NCBI GenBank assembly: GCA_963832165.1 | Contig: CAWHTE010000011.1 | Coordinates: 128,001-192,000, forward strand | Direction of reading: 5' to 3' | Source of the DNA: an uncultured delta proteobacterium | Lineage (GTDB): Bacteria; Myxococcota_A; UBA9160; SMWR01 | DNA: 64,000 nucleotides | Shown: piece after piece, positions 10,308 to 20,914 of the stretch | How positions within the stretch are numbered: the first letter of the stretch is position 1 | Layout: each line of letters begins with the position of its first letter | Notes under the pieces: model-generated | Seen by the model: only the letters and a program-made list of their open reading frames with translations | What the model was told of the DNA's origin: nothing | Databases searched by the model: none | Translations under genes and position numbers: made by a program

Positions 10308-11228
10308 ATGTCGCTTCGCATCGCGCTGTTCGGCCAGGCTCCGTTCGGACGCGACGCGCTCGTGCGTCTGCTCGACGCGGGGCACGACGTGGTGGGCGTC
10401 TACACGCCGCCCGCGGGCGCTCGCCCCGATCCACTCGCGGCCGAGGCCGAGCAGCGCGGCCTCGCGCTGTTCCGCCACGCGCGTTTCCGCCGCAAGGGCG
10501 TCGCGATCCCCGAGCTCGTCGAAGAGCACCGCAAGCTCGGCGCCGAGCTCAACGTGCTCGCTTTCGTCACGGTGATCCTGCCGCCCGAGATCGTCGACGC
10601 GCCGCGCCACGGCTCGCTCTGCTTCCACCCGTCGCTCCTGCCGCGCTACCGCGGCGGGAATGCGCTCGCATGGCAGATCCTGCTCGGCGCGACCGAAGCC
10701 GGTGTCACGGTGTTCCGGCCCGACGCAGGCGTCGACACGGGGCCGATCGTCGTGCAGAAGGGTGGCGTGCCGATCTCGCCCACCGACACCGCCGCGAGTC
10801 TCTATTTCGACAAGCTCTATCCGCTCGGCCTCGACGCGATCGCCGAGGCGGTCGCCGCGATCGACGCGGGCACTGCGGTGTCGCGTGCGCAGAGCGAAGC
10901 CGAGGCGAGCCACCAGGGGCTCGTCGACGATCAGGTGGCGCGGCTCGACTTCGCCAGGAGCGCAGCGGAGCTCGACCGCTGGATCCGAGGCTGCGATCCG
11001 CAGCCGGGCGCGTGGGCGCAGCGCGGCGACGAGATCGTGCGCTGCTTCGACGGATCGCTCGCGGCGGGCGGCGCCGCGGCGGCCGCGGGCGAGGTGGTTC
11101 GGATCGAAGACGGCGCCGCGTTCGTCGCGGCGCGCGACGGGCTCGTGCGCGTGGGCCGCGTGCGCGTCGGCGACGGCGCGAAGCAGCCCGCCGCGGAGGC
11201 TCTCCGCGTAGGAGACCGGCTCCACTGA
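10308..11228 (+). CDS. Formyltransferase (Fmt-like / 10-formyl-THF hydrolase-domain-like)
   Basis: FHPSLLPRYRGG, DAGVDTGPI, IRGCDPQPGAW. Confidence 0.85.
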   Translation: MSLRIALFGQAPFGRDALVRLLDAGHDVVGVYTPPAGARPDPLAAEAEQRGLALFRHARFRRKGVAIPELVEEHRKLGAELNVLAFVTVILPPEIVDAPRHGSLCFHPSLLPRYRGGNALAWQILLGATEAGVTVFRPDAGVDTGPIVVQKGGVPISPTDTAASLYFDKLYPLGLDAIAEAVAAIDAGTAVSRAQSEAEASHQGLVDDQVARLDFARSAAELDRWIRGCDPQPGAWAQRGDEIVRCFDGSLAAGGAAAAAGEVVRIEDGAAFVAARDGLVRVGRVRVGDGAKQPAAEALRVGDRLH

Positions 11229-11941
11229 GTGACGACGCGCTGCGGAGCTTCGCATCGATGCTCGACGCCGCGGGACTCGGTCTGCGCGGCGCGATCGAGA
11301 TCGCGCGCTACGACGAAGCGGTTCCCGGAGCGTGGCGCAGCGCGGCGATCCTGCCGCACGCGCGCACGGCGATCGTGGTCGCGAGCGGCGGCCGTTCGCT
11401 CTGGGATGCGTTCGCTCGAGCGCCGGAGTTCGGCGCGGCCACCGATCCACTCGACGCCTACACGCGCCGCATCACGGAAGCCGCCACCGCGCAGCTCGAG
11501 CCGCAAGTTTCGCGCAGCGAGCGCAAGTTTCGCGCAGCGAGCCGAAGGCGAGCGAAGACCATCGGGCCTGCGAGCGAAGGCCATCGGCGTGGCGGAGCTC
11601 GCGCGCTGTTCGCGTTCGAGCGGTGGGGCGGCGTCTATGCGGACTTCGTGGTGCTCGGGCGGCTCGCGGGGCTCGGCGCACCGAGCCGCCTGGGCCTCCT
11701 GCTCCATCCCCTCTATGGGCCGTGGACGTCCCTGCGGGCGGTCGTGCTCACGAGCGGCGAGTGGGACCCTGGGCCCCCGTTGGCATTCGATCCGTGCCCC
11801 CGCTGCGCCGCCCCGTGCGCCCTGGCGCCTTCCTACGCCGCCGCGCGCCGCGCGTGTGTGATTGGCCCCGAGCACATCTATTCCGAGGCCGCGCTGGCAC
11901 ACCACGCACGCCACGCCTCGGCGGGCCCGTCCGCTCGCTGA
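11225..11941 (+). CDS. QueG/CblC(MMACHC)-like protein with C-terminal Cys cluster and an in-frame repeat insertion (start CTG 11225 or ATG 11258)
   Basis: DPLDAYT, AGLGAPSRLGLLLHPLYGPWTSLRAVVL, PCPRCAAPC...ARRACVIGPEHIYSE. Confidence 0.65.
   Translation: MSDDALRSFASMLDAAGLGLRGAIEIARYDEAVPGAWRSAAILPHARTAIVVASGGRSLWDAFARAPEFGAATDPLDAYTRRITEAATAQLEPQVSRSERKFRAASRRRAKTIGPASEGHRRGGARALFAFERWGGVYADFVVLGRLAGLGAPSRLGLLLHPLYGPWTSLRAVVLTSGEWDPGPPLAFDPCPRCAAPCALAPSYAAARRACVIGPEHIYSEAALAHHARHASAGPSAR
11503..11587 (+). repeat. Hairpin element family B: 41-nt copy (11523-11563) nested in another copy, inside a CDS
   Basis: GCAAGTTTCGCGCAGCGAGC | GCAAGTTTCGCGCAGCGAGCCGAAGGCGAGCGAAGACCATC GGGCCT | GCGAGCGAAGGCCATCGG. 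Confidence 0.92.
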
Positions 11942-11969
11942 CCCGCCCGGCGCACCCTCGCGCAACCCA

Positions 11970-11997
11970 TTGAAAAACCCCTTGCCACCTCTAAACT
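11970..11997 (+). promoter_or_regulatory. Putative sigma70 promoter for fusA
   Basis: TTGAAA-N16-TAAACT in an AT-rich patch about 205 nt upstream of the fusA ATG. Confidence 0.55.
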
Positions 11998-12202
11998 TCC
12001 GCGCCTCGCCCGCCGAACCAAGAGCCCGCACGCGGGCGACCCTGCGGTCGGCAGCGCAGACCCCCAGCACAGAACAAGCGGGCTCCACGCGCGTGGAGCT
12101 CATCACCCGGCGCGGTACGGCGGGAAACGGCCGCGGATCGGGCGCTATCCATATCGATACCCGCACGCGCGGCCCGAACGCGCGAAGGCACGAGGCGAAG
12201 CC

Positions 12203-14287
<2,085 letters not shown>

Positions 14288-14318
14288 CGGCAAGCTTCGA
14301 CATGCGGGAGGACCTCCA

Positions 14319-15008
14319 TTGAAGCGACGATTCCTGAATGCGCGCAGCCCGCTGCGCCTGCTCGAGAAGGGTCTCCACGGCGGACTGGGCGCGGGCAATC
14401 TCGGCGTCGTGATCGCGGCGCACGGCGTCGGCAAGACCTCGTTCCTGGTGGGCGTCGCCATGGACGAGCTGTTGCGCGAGGGGCGCGTGCTGCACGCATC
14501 GTGCTCCCACTCCGTGAACCACGTGCGCGCGCACTACGACACGGTCTACGACGAGCTCGCCCAGTCGAAGCACCTCGAAGACCTCGGCATGATCCGCAGC
14601 GAGATCGACCGTCACCGCTCGATCCGCGTCTATCCGCCCAACACGCTCACGCCCGGCAAGCTGCGCGACGCCGTGAAGCTGGCGCGCGAAGCAGACGCCG
14701 CGCCGTCGCTGATCGTGCTCGAGGGTCTCGACCTCGCGCAGCTCACGCGCGCCGACGTCGAGGATCTGCGCAGTCTCGCGCAGGAGCTGTCGGCCGAGAT
14801 CTGGCTCGAGGCGACCAGCGCCAAGGAGCGCGCGGTGGCGGTGCCCCCGGGCATCCAGCCGTTCGAGGACCTGATCAGCGTGATTCTCGCGCTGGAGCCC
14901 GGCGAAGACGTCGTCCGGCTGCGCGCGATCAAGGATCACGCCAATCCCGATGTGTCGGATCTGCACGTGTCGCTCGATCCGCGCTCGCTCTTGCTAATCC
15001 GGAGTTAG
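14319..15008 (+). CDS. RecA/DnaB-like P-loop fold protein
   Basis: LHGGLGAGNLGVVIAAHGVGKTSFL (Walker A-like); TTG start after GGAGG. Confidence 0.7.
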   Translation: MKRRFLNARSPLRLLEKGLHGGLGAGNLGVVIAAHGVGKTSFLVGVAMDELLREGRVLHASCSHSVNHVRAHYDTVYDELAQSKHLEDLGMIRSEIDRHRSIRVYPPNTLTPGKLRDAVKLAREADAAPSLIVLEGLDLAQLTRADVEDLRSLAQELSAEIWLEATSAKERAVAVPPGIQPFEDLISVILALEPGEDVVRLRAIKDHANPDVSDLHVSLDPRSLLLIRS

Positions 15009-15040
15009 GTAGCCACCAAACGCGACGAGGTCGCTGGGGA

Positions 15041-15372
15041 TTGCAGGCCGAGTCGATTGGGCTGCGCCGCGTCGCTCCGGAGGCGATCGCCGTCGTCGCC
15101 TGCTCCGTAGCCGTCGGGCTGCTCTTGTTCGCGGCGGGCCGACCCGTGGCGACGACGATCTCTGGTGGCACCTCGCCTGGGGTCAGAGCTTCGCCCGCGA
15201 AGGTCCGTGGCGCGCCGCGAGAGTGGCTCGCGCCCCGCTCGCGTGCGCGGCGCTGATCCGCCGAACAGGCGCGTTCGATCGCGAGCGAGCTCGCTTCGCC
15301 CCCGGTGTGGTGAGTCCACGCACACGAAGTGGAAGGGCGAGAAGGCAGCGGATAGAGACGTTTCGCGTATGA
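15041..15372 (+). pseudogene. Remnant of a membrane protein gene (DxWWHLxxG motif), frameshifted and truncated
   Basis: TM segment AIAVVACSVAVGLLLFAAGRPV in one frame continues as DDLWWHLAWGQSFAREGPW in another frame from 15151. Confidence 0.45.
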
Positions 15373-15381
15373 TCTGCCCCC

Positions 15382-16203
15382 ATGCGTAACCTGTCCGCGC
15401 TGCTCATTGCAGCGTTCGTGCTCGGCGGTTGTCAGGTGCCAGGGGTCTCCGCGGATCGGGGTGTCGCGACCGACGCGCGATTGGATCGGATTCTCGCGAG
15501 CGGTGCGCTGCGCGTGGCCGTCTCACCCGACCGCCCACCGCTGGTCCTGAAGAACCGGAGTGGCGCGACGGTCGGCTTCGACGTGGACATCGTGGGCGCG
15601 CTCGCCGCCGCAATGGGTCTCGAGCTGGTCCTCGTGGAGGTGCCGTTTGCCGAGGTGATCCCGAGTGTGGAGAGCGGCCAGGCCGACCTCGGGATCTCCG
15701 CCCTCACGATGACGCCCGAACGCAATGCCCGGGTCGCCTTCGCGGGTCCGTATTTCGTGTCGGGCATGTCGGTGCTCGCGAAGTCGGACGCGATTACCGG
15801 CGTGGAGGCGCCCGCTGTGCTCGACGTCGACGGGCGCCGTTATGCGGCAGTGACCGACTCGACGAGCGCGAAGTTCATCGGCGACGTGTTGCCCCGTGCA
15901 AAGCTCGTCGCGGTCGAGAGTTACGACGCCGGCATTCAGATGGTGATCGATGGGAAGGTCGACGCGCTGTTCGCGGACCACCTCGTGTGCTCCATGGCGG
16001 TCTGGCGCCATCCGAAGGCCGGCCTCTCCGCGCTCGCGACACCGTTCACCGTCGAGCCGCTCGGCATCGCAGTCCCGCCCGATTCACCGCTGCTCCTCAA
16101 TCTCGTGCAGAACTACCTCGCCACGCTCGATCACACAGGCATGCTCCAGGGGTTGAAGGCGAAGTGGCTCGCGGATGGGCGCTGGATCGCGGAGTCGAAC
16201 TGA
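15382..16203 (+). CDS. Amino-acid ABC transporter substrate-binding lipoprotein (family 3)
   Basis: Lipobox LGGC; GFDVDI, DLGISALTMTPER, FAGPYF, EPLGIAV. Confidence 0.92.
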   Translation: MRNLSALLIAAFVLGGCQVPGVSADRGVATDARLDRILASGALRVAVSPDRPPLVLKNRSGATVGFDVDIVGALAAAMGLELVLVEVPFAEVIPSVESGQADLGISALTMTPERNARVAFAGPYFVSGMSVLAKSDAITGVEAPAVLDVDGRRYAAVTDSTSAKFIGDVLPRAKLVAVESYDAGIQMVIDGKVDALFADHLVCSMAVWRHPKAGLSALATPFTVEPLGIAVPPDSPLLLNLVQNYLATLDHTGMLQGLKAKWLADGRWIAESN

Positions 16204-16210
16204 GCCCGCC

Positions 16211-17662
16211 ATGTCGCGCACTCGGGTGTCGATTGCCTGGCTGTGCAGCGCCGCGCTGACCGTCGCTCTCGGCTGCGCGAGCTCTCCGAAGTCGAAGGCC
16301 GATGCGCCGAAGAAGCGCACGGTGCTGATGACCGAGTACGACGATGCTCGGGTCGGCCGCGAGGGCGCCCAGGACGTGAAGTCCGAGATCGGTGTGCTCG
16401 ACGATGCAGCGCTCACCGCGTACGTCGACGGAATCGGGCGAAAGCTGCTGCGCGGCGTTCCGCTCCGCGGGTTCGATTACCAGTTCTACGTGCTCGACAT
16501 GGCCGAGCCGAACGCGTTCGCGCTCCCGGGCGGCTACATCTTCGTATCGCGCGGACTGCTCGCGCTCGCGAACAACGAGGACGAGCTCGCGTGCACGATC
16601 GGACACGAGATCACGCACGCTGCGCGCCGACACGCCGCGGCACAGCAGGCGCTCCAGGAGAGTCTGCCGTCGCTCGTGCTGCCCGGCAGCGCAGCCAAGT
16701 TCGCGTCGTACGGTCGCGAGATGGAGCGCGAAGCAGACGAAGGCGGCCAGATTCTGTGCGCCGCGGCCGGGTACGACCCGATCGGGATGTCGACGTTCTT
16801 GAACAGCCTCGCGATGTCCACTCGCCTCGAGCTGGGCCACTCGCGCAATCCGAGCTTCCTGGACACGCATCCGGGCTCGGAGGAGCGCGCGGCGGCCAAT
16901 GCGGTGCGCGCGCGCGAGATCCGCTGGCAGCGCGACCCGGCGATTGGCGATTCGCGCGCGGCGCTCTTGCAACACATCGCGGGGCTCACAGTCGGGCAGC
17001 GACCCGAAGTGGGCATCTTCGAGGGCGATCGCTTCATCCACCCCGCGATCGGCTTCACGATTCGTTTCCCGTCCGGCTGGCGGACCTCGAACTCCAACCG
17101 CGCGGTCGGCGCCGTCCAGCCGCGTGGCGAGGCGGTGGTGTTTCTCACCGCGGATTCGCCTCCGGGCGAAGTCGGGGAGGTGGCGCGCCAATGGCTCGAG
17201 CGGCAGCAGACGCCCTTCGAAGTGGAGGATTCGCGGCCTGCGAAGGTCGGCGGGTTGGATGCCTGGTACGTCGAGGCGAGTGCGGACGGCCGAGGCGGTC
17301 CGATGCTCGCGCAGCTCACGTTCATCTCGTTCCATGACGCCACCTGGCGCATAACAGGCGCGATGCCGGCCCAGCTGGCCAGCCGGCACGAGGCTGTGAT
17401 GCTCTCGACCGCGCGCAGCTTCCGCCGGCTCACGGAAGAGGACCGCAGCGGGATCGAGGTGACGCGCCTGCGCGTCGAGACCGCGCGCGCGGGAGAGGAC
17501 ATCGCCGCGCTGTCGAAGCGCTCGCGAAACGCGTGGAGCATCAACGACACGGCGGTCCACAACGGCGTGTTCGCGGATCACCGCTTCGCGGGGGGCGAGC
17601 TGGTCAAGATCACCGTGCGCGAGCCCTGGGTGGCTCGTGCGAGTCAAGGAGGAGGACGATGA
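16211..17662 (+). CDS. M48 family zinc metalloprotease lipoprotein (BepA-like) with LysM-like C-terminus
   Basis: Lipobox ALGC; PNAFALPGG, GHEITH, EREAD, FLDTHP. Confidence 0.9.
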   Translation: MSRTRVSIAWLCSAALTVALGCASSPKSKADAPKKRTVLMTEYDDARVGREGAQDVKSEIGVLDDAALTAYVDGIGRKLLRGVPLRGFDYQFYVLDMAEPNAFALPGGYIFVSRGLLALANNEDELACTIGHEITHAARRHAAAQQALQESLPSLVLPGSAAKFASYGREMEREADEGGQILCAAAGYDPIGMSTFLNSLAMSTRLELGHSRNPSFLDTHPGSEERAAANAVRAREIRWQRDPAIGDSRAALLQHIAGLTVGQRPEVGIFEGDRFIHPAIGFTIRFPSGWRTSNSNRAVGAVQPRGEAVVFLTADSPPGEVGEVARQWLERQQTPFEVEDSRPAKVGGLDAWYVEASADGRGGPMLAQLTFISFHDATWRITGAMPAQLASRHEAVMLSTARSFRRLTEEDRSGIEVTRLRVETARAGEDIAALSKRSRNAWSINDTAVHNGVFADHRFAGGELVKITVREPWVARASQGGGR

Positions 17663-18222
17663 GGGGCCGAGGAACTCGAGTTTCGATGATTGCGCTCGTG
17701 GGGCTCATGGTCGCCGTGGCGTCGACCGTGCCGCGCGCTTCGACTGCGGCCTCCGCGGAGGAGCTCCGCCGCGATTCCGCTGCGGCGCTCCAGAATCTGA
17801 TCGCAACCGAGACGGCCGCGAAGCTGCTCTCCGAGAAGGCGAAGGGCATCCTGGTCTTTCCCTCGATCGTGAAGGGCGGCTTCATGGTCGGCGGGCAGAT
17901 CGGCGATGGCGCACTCTGGAAGGCCGGCAAGCTGGTCGCCTACTACAACTCGGTCGCGGCGTCATACGGACTGCAGGCCGGCATCCAGACGTTCGGCTAT
18001 GCGCTCTTCTTCATGAACGACGACGCGCTGAAGCAGCTCGACGCAACGCGTGGCTTCGAGATCGGCGTAGGCCCGAGCGTGGTCCTCGTCGACAAGGGCG
18101 CCGCGAAATCCATGACCACCAACACACTCACGAGCGACGTTTACGCCTTCGTGTTCAGTCAGAAGGGATTGATGGCCGGACTCGGGGTCCAGGGATCGAA
18201 GATCACGAAGATCGCCAAGTGA
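17659..18222 (+). CDS. Lipid-binding SYLF/Ysc84 domain protein
   Basis: AKGILVFPSIVKGGFMVGGQIGDG, SYGLQAG, QKGLMAGLGVQGSKITK. Confidence 0.9.
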   Translation: MRGRGTRVSMIALVGLMVAVASTVPRASTAASAEELRRDSAAALQNLIATETAAKLLSEKAKGILVFPSIVKGGFMVGGQIGDGALWKAGKLVAYYNSVAASYGLQAGIQTFGYALFFMNDDALKQLDATRGFEIGVGPSVVLVDKGAAKSMTTNTLTSDVYAFVFSQKGLMAGLGVQGSKITKIAK

Positions 18223-18419
18223 GCGAGGGCGCGGGAGCGCCGGCGGCCAGGCGGGGCGACGCGCGGAGCTTGCGAATTCCCTCCGGATCTCGCTGACATA
18301 CGCGCCGCTCGTGCACCTGCTGCGCGCTCCCCAGACCGTTCGAGGGGCGAACAGTATTCGCCGCGTTTGTCGTGTTCGGCGGGTTAAGATGGGCGCCCCA
18401 TCGATCCCCCCCGTCCACG

Positions 18420-19337
18420 ATGAAGCTGCGCCTCCCCACTGCACTGCTGCTCTCGCTCCCGCTCCTGCTCGCGGTCGCCGCATCGGCGGTGATCATCGAC
18501 ACCGGGGATGGGAGCGGAAATACGACCGCGCCCGTGCCGGATCCGGGCCTCGATCACATCGGCGTCCGAAGCAACGGCCTCACCACCGTGTACCTGGGCG
18601 ACGGCTGGATGTTGACGGCGAACCACGTCGGACCCGGCGACGTCGTGATCGGCGGCGTTCTCTATCGCTGGGCGCCCGGCAGCGCGGTGCGCCTGAGCAA
18701 CCCGGACACGAGCCTCGCCGATCTCTTGTTATTCAGGATCATTCCGCCGTATCCGCCGCTCGCGGACCTCACGATCGCGAGTGTCCCACCGCCGACCGGA
18801 AGGCTCATCGTGTTCGTCGGCAATGGGCGCAACCGCGGTGCCGATACGTCATGGGACGCGCCCGGCCCCGGATTCTACACCGGCTACCAGTGGGGCGTTG
18901 GCACTGCGCTTCGCTGGGGCACCAATTTCGTCGAGCCGACGGCGGACCTCGTGAACTACGAGGCCGCATTCGGTACGCAACTGATCTCCACGATGTTTCA
19001 CGAGTCGGGATCAGGCCACTCGACGCATGAGTCGCAGGCCGCGAATGGGGACTCGGGCGGCGCCGTGCTCTCGTGGAACGGCTCGCGCTACGACCTCGTG
19101 GGCATCATGGTCGGCATCACCACCTTCCCGTCTCAGCCCGTGGAGACCTCGCTCTACGGGAACCAGACGTTCTTCGCCGATATCTCCGTCTACCGCGACG
19201 AGATCGTCGAGGTGATGCCAGAGCCGCACGGCGCACTGTGGCTCGGCGTGGCGTTCGTCGCGCTGCTCGCTAGCGCTGGAACTCGGCGAGCTTGTCGCGA
19301 TACTGGCTGCGCAGCGAGCTCGCCTCCGCGCGCGTGA
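18420..19337 (+). CDS. Secreted trypsin-like serine protease with PEP-CTERM-like sorting tail
   Basis: Signal peptide; MLTANHV, DLLL, GDSGG triad; C-terminal MPEP + TM helix + RR. Confidence 0.8.
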   Translation: MKLRLPTALLLSLPLLLAVAASAVIIDTGDGSGNTTAPVPDPGLDHIGVRSNGLTTVYLGDGWMLTANHVGPGDVVIGGVLYRWAPGSAVRLSNPDTSLADLLLFRIIPPYPPLADLTIASVPPPTGRLIVFVGNGRNRGADTSWDAPGPGFYTGYQWGVGTALRWGTNFVEPTADLVNYEAAFGTQLISTMFHESGSGHSTHESQAANGDSGGAVLSWNGSRYDLVGIMVGITTFPSQPVETSLYGNQTFFADISVYRDEIVEVMPEPHGALWLGVAFVALLASAGTRRACRDTGCAASSPPRA

Positions 19338-19782
19338 AGCCGAGCTCTTCGCCGATCTTCACGATCTCGGCGCTCTCCTCGCTGCGGATCGTGCCGTCGG
19401 CGGCCGCTACTGCGTAGAGGCACGCGAGCAGGTCGGCGCGTTGCTCGCGGCTCGCGATCTGCCGGAACTCGCGCGTGACGAGATAATCCTGCGTCCCGCC
19501 GAGATGACGTGCCTGGCTCTGCGCGATCTGCACGACGAGCGCGGATTCGGCGTCGGTGAGCCCGGCGATCCGGTGCACGATGCTCTCCATCGCGGCGGTC
19601 TCGGTGGTTTCGATCCGCAGATCCGCGTTGGCGATCCGTGCCAGCACATACGCAAACGACGCGAGGTACTTCGCCTGCTCGGGCGGCAGGTGCTCGAGCT
19701 CGCGGGCGATCCGGCGGATCGTGTCGGTTTCGCTTTCGTTCGGTGCCGAACCACCGAGACCCAGGAATCGCAGCAGCGACAT
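19270..19782 (-). CDS. TerB family (DjlA N-terminal-like) protein
   Basis: LARIANADLRI, LYAVAAADGTIRSEE...IGEELGF. Confidence 0.85.
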   Translation of the reverse strand: MSLLRFLGLGGSAPNESETDTIRRIARELEHLPPEQAKYLASFAYVLARIANADLRIETTETAAMESIVHRIAGLTDAESALVVQIAQSQARHLGGTQDYLVTREFRQIASREQRADLLACLYAVAAADGTIRSEESAEIVKIGEELGFTRAEASSLRSQYRDKLAEFQR

Positions 19783-19813
19783 GCGCGCTTCGTACGACGC
19801 CGCGGGGCCGCGG

Positions 19814-20146
19814 TCAAGCCCTGCCGGCGAGAGCCCGCTCGCGCGCGATCAAGAACAGCGGGAACGTGACGCTGATCGCGATCGCGAACGAGAGCGCGAC
19901 GTAGAGCCAGACGAACCGGATCGCGTGCCGGCGCGCCTCGACCACCATCCACACGATCGCGGCCGCGGTGAGGAAGAGCAGGTCGTTGCTGAGCGAGGCC
20001 GCGGCCGGACTCGCGTAGGCGTCGCTCAGAAAGGCGGACATGCTCCCGTCGGATGACGCGAAGAACGCCAGATTCTGGGACCACGTGGCGAAGAGTGCCC
20101 CGACGGCCAGCAGCCCATACACGATGCGGAGCGCTCTCGGGCTCAT
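19814..20146 (-). CDS. DUF2834-like small membrane protein
   Basis: ASPAAASLSNDL, EARRHAIR, AISVTFPLFLIARER. Confidence 0.75.
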   Translation of the reverse strand: MSPRALRIVYGLLAVGALFATWSQNLAFFASSDGSMSAFLSDAYASPAAASLSNDLLFLTAAAIVWMVVEARRHAIRFVWLYVALSFAIAISVTFPLFLIARERALAGRA

Positions 20147-20851
20147 TCAAACCTCCTCGAATCGCACCAGCGGCGCAGGACCCGGCTGCGCGGCTTTCCC
20201 GCGCTCGAGCCACCACTCCGCGGCGAGTAGCGGAATCACCCATCCCATCCACGTGGAGATCCCAGCAATCGTCCACTGCAGCAGCTGCTCGTTGCCGCCG
20301 AACGCGGTGTCGAGCTGGGGAGCGAGGATGAAGTAGGCGAGAGGTCCCCACAACCGGTTGGTGATGATCGACGCCGTCAGCGCGAAGCTGCGGATCATCC
20401 AGCGCCGGTGCTCGGCGTAGCGGCGCTGGCGCGCCATCCGGTAGCCCGTGATCGTGAACGCGAGCCAGAGCGGTGCCATGAGCGCGCTGCTCGCGCGCGC
20501 GACGGGGCCGAACGGAGAGAGCACGCCCATCGGCAGCGCCGTGAGCCCGGCCGGCAGCACACCCGCGAATACGTAGATGCGGCCGACGATGCGGTGCGCG
20601 GTGGGGTAGCGCCGGCGAAACCAGGGCCAGATCTGGAGGCAGGCCGTGAGCAGAGCGATCGAGCCGAACAGCACGTGCGCCACGAGGAGTCGATGGTGCC
20701 CCGGGAAGCTGGCGGGCACGCGCGAGCGCGCCGGGTCGCCGCTCAGGTAGGGGGGCAGCGAGAAGGCCACGAACAGGACCGCGACGATCGCGAGCGGAGC
20801 GATCCAGGGGCGCCGCCACCAGGGACGCGAGCTCGGGTGGGTAGGGTTCAC
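20147..20851 (-). CDS. DUF2306 family membrane protein
   Basis: HVLFGSIAL, HRIVGRIY, HRRWMIRSFALT. Confidence 0.85.
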   Translation of the reverse strand: MNPTHPSSRPWWRRPWIAPLAIVAVLFVAFSLPPYLSGDPARSRVPASFPGHHRLLVAHVLFGSIALLTACLQIWPWFRRRYPTAHRIVGRIYVFAGVLPAGLTALPMGVLSPFGPVARASSALMAPLWLAFTITGYRMARQRRYAEHRRWMIRSFALTASIITNRLWGPLAYFILAPQLDTAFGGNEQLLQWTIAGISTWMGWVIPLLAAEWWLERGKAAQPGPAPLVRFEEV

Positions 20852-20856
20852 GACGA

Positions 20857-20895
20857 ATGCGTATATCATACGCATATAGTGAGTGCCATACGCAT
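20857..20895. promoter_or_regulatory. Putative TetR operator(s) between divergent genes
   Basis: Palindrome ATGCGTAT-ATC-ATACGCAT (20857-20875) and a second CATACGCAT half-site ending at 20895. Confidence 0.7.
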
Positions 20896-20914
20896 CCCGT
20901 ATCCTCGCGGCGAA

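Noticed and set aside
11503..11587. Short direct repeats resembling a mini-CRISPR
   Set aside because: No unique spacers of regular length and no cas genes; explained by nested hairpin elements.
19270..19782. Tellurite resistance or ter defence operon
   Set aside because: Single TerB-like gene with no other ter genes.
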